Source: an uncultured Pseudomonadota bacterium
GTDB taxonomy: Bacteria > Pseudomonadota > Alphaproteobacteria > RF32 > CAG-239
Assembly (NCBI GenBank): GCA_949295935.1
Contig: CASFMW010000011.1
Coordinates: 6,822-70,821, forward strand
Direction: 5' to 3'
DNA: 64,000 bases
Under the pieces are notes generated by a model. The model saw nothing but the letters and a program-made list of their open reading frames with translations, was not told the origin of the DNA and did no database searches. Of the stretch, positions 50,219 through 59,140 are shown in pieces (the first letter of the stretch is position 1; every line of letters begins with the position of its first letter). The position numbers and the translations under genes were made by a program.

Positions 50219-50260
50219 GCGGGGGCAGGATTTGAACCTACGACCTTCAGGTTATGAGTC
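50215..50260 (-). other. about 46-nt 3' portion of an initiator-like tRNA-Met (anticodon loop to ACC), att-like; not a complete tRNA
   Basis: The minus strand reads GACTCATAACCTGAAGGTCGTAGGTTCAAATCCTGCCCCCGCCACC (CAT anticodon loop, T arm, acceptor 3' strand). The sequence 5' of it cannot form the anticodon-stem partner, a D arm or the acceptor 5' strand. Confidence 0.65.
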
Positions 50261-50349
50261 TTGTCCTTTGAGTTTTATTTAATTTGACTTTCACAAGGCT
50301 ATTTTTACTAACTCATTGTTTTATCGTTATCAATTTTAAATACAAACGC

Positions 50350-50378
50350 TTGACTTCCTTTACTGAACTGGATAAAAT
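50350..50378 (+). promoter_or_regulatory. sigma70-like promoter for the integrase gene
   Basis: TTGACT, 17-nt spacer, TAAAAT. Sits 60 nt upstream of ATG 50438. Confidence 0.5.
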
Positions 50379-50390
50379 TTGCTTAAATGT

Positions 50391-50409
50391 GTAGCACCAG
50401 CGTAGCACC
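50391..50409 (+). repeat. tandem GTAGCACC x2 (3-nt spacer) in the integrase leader
   Basis: Read directly from the sequence. Possible arm-type or operator site. Confidence 0.4.
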
Positions 50410-50437
50410 GAAACGACCATCAGGTAAGAGATAAAAT

Positions 50438-51595
50438 ATGGAAAGCAATAAATTTAAATTCACAAAGAGTAATATTGAAAAATTACAGCCTAGTAACAAA
50501 CGCAGTTACTATTACGATACTGCTGAACCTAATCTTGTGCTCCAAGTAACCCCTAACGGAACTAAAACATACTATGTATATAAAAGAATACAAGGTAGGC
50601 CTGTCAGAACATATCTAGGCACAACAGATATTTTGACTCCCGAGATGGCAAGAATAAAGGCAAATGAAGTTAAAGTATCAATTAACAAAGGTGAAAATCC
50701 TCATAAACAAAGCACCAAATACAATGAAAATACAACTTTACAACAACTTTTTGATGATTTTGTAAAAGAACGTGAGCGTTTTATTGGTGAGCGGACAATG
50801 GTTGGTTATAAAAGTATGTGGAACACTAAAATATCCAAGCTTGCTAAAAGAAGATTAAGCGATATTTCCGGAGATGATTTGAAAATCTTACACCGTAAAA
50901 TATCTGAAAACTTTGGAAACTACACTGGTAATCATTGTCTGGTTTTAATCAAAACCGTTTATAACTACGCAATTAAAGAAGAGCGATTTGATGGGAGAAA
51001 TCCTGCAATATCCGTAAAATTAAACAAAACGGAACCTAGAGTAAGATATATGGAACATGCCGAACTTCAAAGATTCTTTGCCGTTTTGGATGAATATGAT
51101 AATGAAATCTCCCGAGACGCAATTTTAATGCTCATCTATACGGGAGCTCGCAAAAGAAACGTTTTGGAGATGAAATGGGCAGATATTGATATGGAAGCAA
51201 AAATCTGGAAAATTCCTCAAACCAAAACCGCCAAAAACGTAACTATAGCCCTAGTTGAACCGGCTATGGAAGTTTTACAAAGGCGTTGGAAGCAAGCTGA
51301 AAACGAATGGGTATTTTATTCTCCGACATCAAAATCAGGTCATGTGGAAGATATAAAGCGAGCCTGGGCAAGTATATTAGAAAAAGCTCAAATCACCAAT
51401 TTAAGAATTCACGATTTACGCCATACACTTGCTACCTATTTGATTGCCAACGGAGCAGATGCCTTTATCGTTCAAAGAGCTTTAACTCATAAAAGCCTTC
51501 AAAGCACGCAAGTTTATGTAAATTTGGGTGTTGAACATTTGCGGGATAAATTAAACGATACCGTTAATAAAATGCTGAATATTGGTAAAAAGTAG
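50438..51595 (+). CDS. P4-type tyrosine integrase (DUF4102 arm-binding N-terminus)
   Basis: N-terminal YYYDTAEPNLVLQVTPNGTKTYYVYKR. Catalytic region GARKRN, HDLRHT, ..TQVYV. Confidence 0.9.
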   Translation: MESNKFKFTKSNIEKLQPSNKRSYYYDTAEPNLVLQVTPNGTKTYYVYKRIQGRPVRTYLGTTDILTPEMARIKANEVKVSINKGENPHKQSTKYNENTTLQQLFDDFVKERERFIGERTMVGYKSMWNTKISKLAKRRLSDISGDDLKILHRKISENFGNYTGNHCLVLIKTVYNYAIKEERFDGRNPAISVKLNKTEPRVRYMEHAELQRFFAVLDEYDNEISRDAILMLIYTGARKRNVLEMKWADIDMEAKIWKIPQTKTAKNVTIALVEPAMEVLQRRWKQAENEWVFYSPTSKSGHVEDIKRAWASILEKAQITNLRIHDLRHTLATYLIANGADAFIVQRALTHKSLQSTQVYVNLGVEHLRDKLNDTVNKMLNIGKK

Positions 51596-51736
51596 CAAAA
51601 AATGACTTTGTTGTCCATTTCTAGAGGCAATATCACAGATATGGAATATCAAATCATCTCTAATGTTGTAAAACAACAAAGAAAACATTGAAAATAGTCG
51701 AATATATTTATAATATTGAGTCGGAGATGTAAGATA

Positions 51737-52405
51737 ATGCCACAAATACCGGAACAGATACTTTTATTTCATTTTACTGCTATTAGTAATCTTGATAGCA
51801 TATTTAGGTGTGGTTGCTTAAAAAGTTATAATATACTAGCTCAAGAAGGACAACTCTATACAAATATAGCATATGCAAGTGTCCAAGAAAAAAGGCATCT
51901 TAAATTAGTCCCAAATACAAATACAAATTTGCATGATTATGTTCCTTTTATGTTTGCTCCCCGCTCTCCAATGCTTTATACTCTAATTAACGGCAATGTT
52001 GAAGAAGCTCAGGAAAATAAGCAAGAAAATATAATCTATTTTGTAACCGACTTTAATACCGTTTCTGATTTAGACTATGTTTTTACTGACTATCATGCTA
52101 TTTTAGAATATGCAGGATATTATACAAAACCTCAAGATTTTGATAAAATTCAATGGCAATTGTTTTTTGAGCCACCTTTATTAGGAGGATATTGTAAATA
52201 TTTTCAGAGTAACATGAAAAAAACTGAATATGCTAAAAGGAAAGAAGCTCGTGAAGCAGAATTTTTAATAAAAAATAAAATAAATCTTGAAAAAATATTG
52301 TATATTGCAGTATTTAATGAAGAAACTCAAAGACTTGTTGAACAAAAATTAAGATTTTTAGGATTAAATATAAGTGTTCAGATAAAAAGAGATTGGTATT
52401 TTTGA
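51737..52405 (+). CDS. darT: DarT-like DNA ADP-ribosyltransferase toxin (DUF4433)
   Basis: LLFHFTAISNLDSI N-terminal motif, YVPFMFAPRSPMLY, and REAEFLIKN (catalytic Glu context). GGAGA Shine-Dalgarno 9 nt upstream of the ATG. Confidence 0.8.
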   Translation: MPQIPEQILLFHFTAISNLDSIFRCGCLKSYNILAQEGQLYTNIAYASVQEKRHLKLVPNTNTNLHDYVPFMFAPRSPMLYTLINGNVEEAQENKQENIIYFVTDFNTVSDLDYVFTDYHAILEYAGYYTKPQDFDKIQWQLFFEPPLLGGYCKYFQSNMKKTEYAKRKEAREAEFLIKNKINLEKILYIAVFNEETQRLVEQKLRFLGLNISVQIKRDWYF

Positions 52406-53427
52406 TGATATATTTTGAAAAAAATAAAAACATATTTGAAAGAGAAGTTGATGCCATCATCAACACGGTTAATTGTGTCGGCGTCATGGGAAAAGGTATC
52501 GCTCTTCAATTTAAACAACTGTATCCAGATAACTTCAAACAATATAAAAAAGCCTGCGATAAAAAAGAGATTATTCCGGGGAAAATGTTTGTATATGATA
52601 ATGGTTTTTTGAACAAACCCAATTATATTATAAACTTCCCAACAAAAAATCATTGGCGAGAAAAATCTAAGATAGAATATATTACGACAGGTCTAAATGA
52701 TTTATGTAAGGTCATAGAAAAGCTGAAAATAAAATCTATTTCCATTCCTCCGCTTGGTTGTGGAAACGGTGGTCTTGATTGGAATATTGTAAAAAAATAT
52801 ATTGTAGAGAAATTAAGTCAATACAGTGATATTGATTGCTATATTTACGAACCTACAAATAACTTTACTAATATACAAAATAAAGAAAAAGCTACACTCA
52901 CATCATTTAGAGCAGTCTTTCTAAAATCAATACAGATATATAATGATGCCTTGTATGAACTCAGCAGCATAGAAATTCAAAAATTAGTTTATTTTATAAA
53001 TTTGCTAATGAAAAACGGCAAATTAAAATACACTAAAGCCCCTTATGGGCCATTCTGTGCAAATTTACACAATGCAATAGATAATCTATCTGGATACTAT
53101 ATCACAGGATTAAAAGATGGCACGGAAGTAAATCACATAAAATTATGTGATGGAATTCTCTCTGAAGTAGATGATTTTATTGCCAAATCAACAGAAAATT
53201 TATCCCAATATATTGAAAAAATAAAACAAATTATTAGTGGATTTGAAACACCCTTTGGTATGGAGCTTTTGGGAACCGTTCATTGGGTTGTTGCACAAGA
53301 AGGTGCAAGAAATATTGATGAAACAATAATAAAAGTTCATAACTGGAACGACCGAAAAAAACAATTAATGTCACCTCAAGACATTACAATAGCATATAAT
53401 CATCTTAAAATGTGCGGACTAATATAA
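52405..53427 (+). CDS. darG: DarG-like macrodomain antitoxin
   Basis: N-terminal macrodomain (VDAIINTVNCVGVMGKGIALQFK ... IPPLGCGNGGLDW) plus a C-terminal extension. The start overlaps the darT stop (TGATG). Confidence 0.8.
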   Translation: MIYFEKNKNIFEREVDAIINTVNCVGVMGKGIALQFKQLYPDNFKQYKKACDKKEIIPGKMFVYDNGFLNKPNYIINFPTKNHWREKSKIEYITTGLNDLCKVIEKLKIKSISIPPLGCGNGGLDWNIVKKYIVEKLSQYSDIDCYIYEPTNNFTNIQNKEKATLTSFRAVFLKSIQIYNDALYELSSIEIQKLVYFINLLMKNGKLKYTKAPYGPFCANLHNAIDNLSGYYITGLKDGTEVNHIKLCDGILSEVDDFIAKSTENLSQYIEKIKQIISGFETPFGMELLGTVHWVVAQEGARNIDETIIKVHNWNDRKKQLMSPQDITIAYNHLKMCGLI

Positions 53428-53446
53428 AAACATTAAGAAAATAACC

Positions 53447-54394
53447 ATGGCAAAGCTATATAACGAAGATAAACATTGTGATTTAGACTTGTTTTACAGC
53501 AAGAAGACAGCCTTTTTTGACAATATTGATTTTTCGCAAGCTTCACCGGAAGAAATTAACAAAATAATGAATTTGGCAATTTCTGAGATTTTCTTTGATG
53601 ATTGTATATTTACAAATTTGAACCTTAGCAATAAAAAATTCTTTAGAAAAATAACTTTTAATAAATGTTTATTCAAAGGAAATACAAATTTCTCCAATAG
53701 TCAATTTGAGGATTTTATAAGCTTTGACCGTTCAACTTTTGACGGGATAACCAAGTTTAATGATACGGTTTTTAATGCCGGAGTAAGCTTTGTTGAAATT
53801 CATACAAAACCAGCTCGTGGTGGCTATTTCTACTACCGCGGAGATGGTATTGATTACAGTAAATACCCCAAATATTATGAAAATGTTTTGGATTTTTCAG
53901 GAGCGAAGTTTGAAACCGAAGTTTCATTTTTCGGTCGCCGCTTTTTTGAAGACACCTCATTTAGTCGTGCCACATTTTATAACAAATTCTGGTTTTCAGA
54001 ATGCAATATCGGCTTAAAAACCAATTTTAACGCCAATTTTGCTTGTGATGGTATTAAAAATATTGATATGTGCTACCGCATTTTGAAGGATGTATTAAGC
54101 AAAGAGGGATATTCAATTCAAGCTCGCACGATTGAACGTTTGGAACAAAAAATTATAGATAAACAAAACAAAGATGATTTACTGCCCTCTCCGACCAAGC
54201 CCAATACACCTAACAAACACAATTCTGATTTACTGACAACGGCTGAGGCCGCTGAGTATCTGGGCTTAAAAATCAACACATTGGAACGTTGGCGTAGTCA
54301 ATTCCCCAATCGATTACCCTTTGTAAAAATCGGCAGAACCGTAAAATACCGCTTGGAAGACTTACAAGCATACATCAGCAAGAATATAAAATAA
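53447..54394 (+). CDS. pentapeptide-repeat domain fused to an excisionase-family HTH
   Basis: N-terminal run of pentapeptide-like repeats (CIFTNLNLSNKKFFRKITFNKCLFKGNTNFSNSQFEDFISFDRSTFDGITKFNDTVF..). C-terminal LLTTAEAAEYLGLKINTLERWRSQ..PFVKIGRTVKYRLEDLQAYI. Confidence 0.7.
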   Translation: MAKLYNEDKHCDLDLFYSKKTAFFDNIDFSQASPEEINKIMNLAISEIFFDDCIFTNLNLSNKKFFRKITFNKCLFKGNTNFSNSQFEDFISFDRSTFDGITKFNDTVFNAGVSFVEIHTKPARGGYFYYRGDGIDYSKYPKYYENVLDFSGAKFETEVSFFGRRFFEDTSFSRATFYNKFWFSECNIGLKTNFNANFACDGIKNIDMCYRILKDVLSKEGYSIQARTIERLEQKIIDKQNKDDLLPSPTKPNTPNKHNSDLLTTAEAAEYLGLKINTLERWRSQFPNRLPFVKIGRTVKYRLEDLQAYISKNIK

Positions 54395-54494
54395 AGGGAC
54401 TAACCTGCACCTACCTACAGTAAAGCTATTCTTGACAACAACCATAAAGTGTATCAAGGTATAAATATCAGAAATTTTAGCTCCGGGAGATAAT

Positions 54495-56612
54495 ATGACA
54501 AAAAAAACTAATATCAATCAAAATTTTGATAACCAAGATTGGTGGAAGACTGCTACTTTAGAAGATGTCTTAAACGAAATATCAAAAGGAGCAGATTTAA
54601 ATCATTTTTCTAAAGGTCTTTTTATGCAAAACTCATTTAGTTACGCCATGAGGAACAAGACTAAAGAAAGGTTTGAAATATTGAAGACTCTTGTAAAAAA
54701 AGGGGCTGAATTCGAGCATGAGCTTCCTGATTTGTTTGCATATTATTCTATTGATGAAGCTATATATTTTTTAGAACAAGCAAGTCCCATAGAAACATAT
54801 GTATTAAACAGTATCTTCTGTTATCTAATACAGTATAATCGTATAGAACCTTTAAAATATATATTAAATCGCTATCAAGACATAATTTTTACTTTAGAAG
54901 AAACGTATAAACTTGCACGTATTAAAGACAAAGATATTATATCCATCTTTTTAAACAAAGTTATTATACCGCATAAAGAGGAGCTCAATCTTATTACTAC
55001 CATTGTGTCTGAGGCGTGTAAGCAAGAAAACGCAACTTTATTAAATGTCTTATTAGATAAAGTATTTACTAGCAAATTTCCTGAAAATATATGCGATAAT
55101 ATACTGACATCCAATGCTCTAAATAGAGAACTAATTCTCAAATTTCTGGAAAAAGGTGTTGATAAAAATTTAAAAGACAGCCATGGGAGAACATTATTAA
55201 ACCAGCTTACCAATATCTATTGTCAAAGATTTAACCCCGAAGAAACATCTCTTAAATTAATAAAAGAAGACATCCTTTATTGGATTGATTATGGCATGGA
55301 TGTTAATATACCCTGTAACAACGGTAGCACACCTCTATTAAACATGTGTTCTGCAACGGTTCCGTCATTAGAAATTATATCAAAGTTGATTTCCAAAGGA
55401 GCTGATGTTAATGTTAAAAGGAAGGATTATGTCAAAATTAAATTATCTGAATTATACAGAGCCGCACCTACTGATAACGATACACCTTTGTATAATGCCA
55501 TTGATAAAAGTGCAAATACTGAGTTGATACACTTATTATTAGATTCTGGGGCTAACGTTAATGCTTACGACAGAAACAATGATGTATCTATTATTGATAT
55601 TGCAATAAAGAGAGAATGTAACACCGAAACGATAGATAAAATATTAAAATCTGGTATTAATGACTATTATAAAAAACGCGGTTTTTTAAGACTTATAAGA
55701 CAAGGTGGTTCTTTTGATATTTTTAATGTTTTCATTAACAATGGAATTGATATAAATGAAAAATTCACTGGATACGTTGAATGGGTGTGGTGGTGCAAAG
55801 ATTATACTCCATTAATGATGGCTTGTTACTGTGGTAATTTAGATTATGTAAAATTATTAATAGATTTAGGAGCAGACACTAATGTCAAAGATGAAAAAGG
55901 AAGGTCATTATTGTCTATTGCTTGCCTGGCCACATTTCCAGAACCATCTTTAATAGAATTTTTAATAAAATTAGGCTTTGACGTTAATGAACAAGATGAT
56001 GAAGGAAATACACCGTTAATGATAAGCTATCAAAATGGAGACCTCGCTAGTATTTTCAATGTGTTAATTAAAAATGGAGCAGATATCAATAAAAGAAATC
56101 ATAATGGGGATAATATTTTATTAGTCAAATATTATCCGATTAATTCTCGAACAAATATCGATAGGGTTTGTGTAAAACATGGTGCCGATGTAACAGTCGT
56201 AAATAATAATGGGAAAAAGGTAAATGAATATTATATTTCATTACATGAAGAATTATTTGATACCGTTATTGACAGAAAAAAAATAGATAAAGAAGTTGAA
56301 AATAAATTGAAAAACAAAGAAGCAAAACAAAACTCAAAAATTAATACCCCCAACCTTTTTAAGAATAAAGTTGTTTGTTTTGCAGGATTTAAAAACAAAA
56401 AGCTATCTGATTATATCAAAAGTCATGGTGGCAAGTATGTTACTTCTTTAATTGATGACTGTAATCTGCTAATCAGAAAGCATCAATATCGGGGAACAAC
56501 TAGTGAAGATTCCTTAGTTAGAGAAGCAATTGAAAAAGTAATTAAGACAGAACCACTTTGTGAAATTGAAAATAAAATACAAGAATATGGAGACATAGAA
56601 CAATTGCGTTAG
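54495..56612 (+). CDS. ankyrin-repeat protein with C-terminal BRCT-like domain (705 aa)
   Basis: Multiple ANK units (G.TPL..A......i..LL..GADVN pattern, e.g. DEGNTPLMISYQNGDLASIFNVLIKNGADIN). C-terminal NKVVCFAGFKNKKLSDYIKSHGGKYVTSLIDDCNLLI resembles the LigA-type BRCT. Confidence 0.75.
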   Translation: MTKKTNINQNFDNQDWWKTATLEDVLNEISKGADLNHFSKGLFMQNSFSYAMRNKTKERFEILKTLVKKGAEFEHELPDLFAYYSIDEAIYFLEQASPIETYVLNSIFCYLIQYNRIEPLKYILNRYQDIIFTLEETYKLARIKDKDIISIFLNKVIIPHKEELNLITTIVSEACKQENATLLNVLLDKVFTSKFPENICDNILTSNALNRELILKFLEKGVDKNLKDSHGRTLLNQLTNIYCQRFNPEETSLKLIKEDILYWIDYGMDVNIPCNNGSTPLLNMCSATVPSLEIISKLISKGADVNVKRKDYVKIKLSELYRAAPTDNDTPLYNAIDKSANTELIHLLLDSGANVNAYDRNNDVSIIDIAIKRECNTETIDKILKSGINDYYKKRGFLRLIRQGGSFDIFNVFINNGIDINEKFTGYVEWVWWCKDYTPLMMACYCGNLDYVKLLIDLGADTNVKDEKGRSLLSIACLATFPEPSLIEFLIKLGFDVNEQDDEGNTPLMISYQNGDLASIFNVLIKNGADINKRNHNGDNILLVKYYPINSRTNIDRVCVKHGADVTVVNNNGKKVNEYYISLHEELFDTVIDRKKIDKEVENKLKNKEAKQNSKINTPNLFKNKVVCFAGFKNKKLSDYIKSHGGKYVTSLIDDCNLLIRKHQYRGTTSEDSLVREAIEKVIKTEPLCEIENKIQEYGDIEQLR

Positions 56613-56628
56613 TTTTCAACATCCCTAC

Positions 56629-56656
56629 AGAATCGCCATAAATGGATTCTTTTTTC
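56629..56656 (+). terminator. weak terminator after the ankyrin gene
   Basis: agaatc/gattct stem followed by a T-run. Confidence 0.4.
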
Positions 56657-56751
56657 TGCAATTAAACAGATATTCTTATTGAAAAATAAACCTTTTTACT
56701 TTAGGCTTTGAGGCATTAGAAATATACCAATAAAGTCTAGAGGAATTTGGA

Positions 56752-58461
56752 ATGTCTATAAACGGAAATATCAATCAAAAAGCAAATTTAATCTGGTCAA
56801 TAGCTGATGTTTTGACCGGAACATATAAACCTCATGAATATGGCGAAGTTATTTTGCCAATGATGGTTATTAAGCGTTTTGATTGTATTTTGGAAGACAC
56901 CAAGGAAGCTGTATTGAAAAAATTGCCTGAAGTTAGCAATTTACCGATGAAAGATATCTTTCTAAAAAAGGCAAGCGGACATCCGTTTTACAATACAAGT
57001 AAATTTAATTTCAAACGATTATTAGACGCTCCTGACAGTATTGAAATAAATTTCCGTTCATATTTGAATGATTTTTCCGATAATGTAAAAGATATTTTAG
57101 AGCATTTTGAATTTGAACGCCATATTGAAAGATTAGCTTCGCATGATTTGCTTTATATGATTATAAAAAAGTTTAGCACTCCTGACGCTGATTTACACCC
57201 CTCAAAAATTAGCAACTTGGAAATGGGATATATTTTTGAAGAAATTATTCGCCGCTTTTCAGAAGCTCATAACGAAGATGCTGGACAACACTATACCCCA
57301 AGAGAAGTCATAGAACTTATGGTTAATATACTTTTCAATAATGATAATAGCATATTGACCGGAAATGTTGCAAAAACACTATATGACCCAACCGTAGGAA
57401 CGGGCGGAATGCTTTCCGTTGCGGAAGAATATCTTTCAAGACTAAACAAAAATGCAAAGCTTATTTGTTATGGACAAGAGATAAATGACCAAACCTTTGC
57501 TATTTGCAAAGGAGATATGCTCATTAAAGGAAATGATGCAAACAACATTAAATGCGGCAATACATTATCTGATGACCAATTTGCAGATGATAAGTTTGAT
57601 TATATATTATCGAATCCGCCTTTTGGTAGAGAATGGAAAAATGATAAAAACGCCGTGGAAAAAGAAGCAAAATTGGGGTTTGCTGGGCGTTTTGGTGCCG
57701 GATTACCGCCTATTAGCGATGGACAAATGCTCTTTTTGCAAACAGCAATCCACAAAATGAGACCGGAAGGTTCAAAAGTTGCTATTATTCAAAATGGTTC
57801 TCCGTTATTTAGTGGTGATGCCGGAAGCGGACAATCAGAAATACGCAAATATATATTGGAAAACGATTTGTTAGAAGCTATCGTTGCTCTACCTAATGAT
57901 TTGTTTTATAATACCGGCATTGCAACCTATATTTGGGTATTTAACAACAAAAAGCCTGTGGAAAGAAAAGGCAAGGTTCAACTTATAAATGCCAATGGAT
58001 TATATGAAAAACGCCGTAAATCATTAGGAAATAAGAGAAACGACATTCCGCAAAAGTATATAGATAAAATTACACAAATTTACGGAGATTTCAAAGAAAA
58101 TGAAATTAGCAAGATTTTTAATAACGAAGACTTTGGTTATGCAAAAATTGTAGTTGAACGCCCGCAAAGGGATGAAAATGGCGAAATTATCTTGAAAAAA
58201 GGTAAGCCGATAGCGGATTCTGAATTAAGAGATACAGAAAACGTGCCTTTAACAGAAGATATTCATGAATATTTTCAGCGAGAAGTTATTCCTTTTGCTC
58301 CGGATGCATGGATAGATGAAAGCAAAACTAAAATTGGCTATGAAATTCCATTTACAAGATATTTTTACAAATATGTTCCACCTCGCCCATCTGATGAGGT
58401 TTTGTCAGAAATTATGACTTTACAAAAAGATTTGGAACAAACCTTGAAAGGATTGTTTTAA
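56752..58461 (+). CDS. hsdM: type I restriction-modification methyltransferase subunit HsdM
   Basis: HsdM N-domain (LWSIADVLTG), SAM motif DPTVGTGGML, catalytic NPPFG. Confidence 0.95.
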   Translation: MSINGNINQKANLIWSIADVLTGTYKPHEYGEVILPMMVIKRFDCILEDTKEAVLKKLPEVSNLPMKDIFLKKASGHPFYNTSKFNFKRLLDAPDSIEINFRSYLNDFSDNVKDILEHFEFERHIERLASHDLLYMIIKKFSTPDADLHPSKISNLEMGYIFEEIIRRFSEAHNEDAGQHYTPREVIELMVNILFNNDNSILTGNVAKTLYDPTVGTGGMLSVAEEYLSRLNKNAKLICYGQEINDQTFAICKGDMLIKGNDANNIKCGNTLSDDQFADDKFDYILSNPPFGREWKNDKNAVEKEAKLGFAGRFGAGLPPISDGQMLFLQTAIHKMRPEGSKVAIIQNGSPLFSGDAGSGQSEIRKYILENDLLEAIVALPNDLFYNTGIATYIWVFNNKKPVERKGKVQLINANGLYEKRRKSLGNKRNDIPQKYIDKITQIYGDFKENEISKIFNNEDFGYAKIVVERPQRDENGEIILKKGKPIADSELRDTENVPLTEDIHEYFQREVIPFAPDAWIDESKTKIGYEIPFTRYFYKYVPPRPSDEVLSEIMTLQKDLEQTLKGLF

Positions 58462-58462
58462 G

Positions 58463-59140
58463 ATGAGTGAAGCAACAGAAAACCATACAATTACAAATAT
58501 TGGAGCTGGAATAGCCAAAGCTGTTATGAACTCGAATCCAATAACCGGTTTTGTTCAAACCATATATGATGAGTATGCATCAAGACAATGGCAGCAGAGA
58601 AGAGAAAAATGGGAAGAAGTTTTTGAGGAAAAACTTAAGGATATTCAAAACGATGTTGATTTTTTAAAGATAAATTCTATTCCAAATTTTGCTCAAATAC
58701 TAGCCAATGCCACACAGGGAGCTATGTCTGATATAGAAGAAGATAAAGTGGGATTGTATGCTAATGCGGTTATCAATTCTATCAAGAGCGAAAATATTGA
58801 TAATACTAAAACGCATATATTTTTAAATATGTTGCGAGACTTCACAAAACTCCATATAGAAGTATTACAAGAACTAGCTTTGTTAGATAATGGAATACAC
58901 CCAAATTTACGCCACGGCAGAGATAGTTATATAAAACAAAGAATTAGAGAAAAAAATCCACAACTCATAGAAGATATAGGAATGTTTAGGCTGACAGCTT
59001 TAGAATTACAACAAAAAGGTCTGTGTGTTGTAACTGTTATTGATATGGCAGATAACAGTGATTATGACAATGTAATAACCACTTCATTAGGCCAAGAATT
59101 TCTTCAATTCATAGCAGAACAGGAGAATAGTAATGGGTAA
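58463..59140 (+). CDS. unknown protein X1 (225 aa), Abi-alpha/DUF4393-like core motif; paralogue of X2
   Basis: Starts 1 nt after the hsdM stop. The block DIEEDKVGLYANAVINSIK..IDNTK.HIFLNMLR and the tail LGQEFLQFIAEQE are shared with X2. Confidence 0.75.
   Translation: MSEATENHTITNIGAGIAKAVMNSNPITGFVQTIYDEYASRQWQQRREKWEEVFEEKLKDIQNDVDFLKINSIPNFAQILANATQGAMSDIEEDKVGLYANAVINSIKSENIDNTKTHIFLNMLRDFTKLHIEVLQELALLDNGIHPNLRHGRDSYIKQRIREKNPQLIEDIGMFRLTALELQQKGLCVVTVIDMADNSDYDNVITTSLGQEFLQFIAEQENSNG

Larger units (their letters stand above)
43846..50260. mobile_element. putative integrated element 1, bounded by tRNA-fMet 3'-end fragments
   Basis: Bounded by fragments at 43846-43862 and 50215-50260. 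The tyrosine integrase is at the right end. Cargo: HUH Rep-like gene, OMP paralogue and two serine recombinases. More AT-rich than the core. Confidence 0.45.

Noticed and set aside
50215-50300. Complete tRNA-Met gene
   Set aside because: Only the anticodon loop through the 3' end is present. The upstream sequence (..aaaactcaaaggacaa) cannot form the anticodon-stem 5' strand, a D arm or the acceptor 5' strand.
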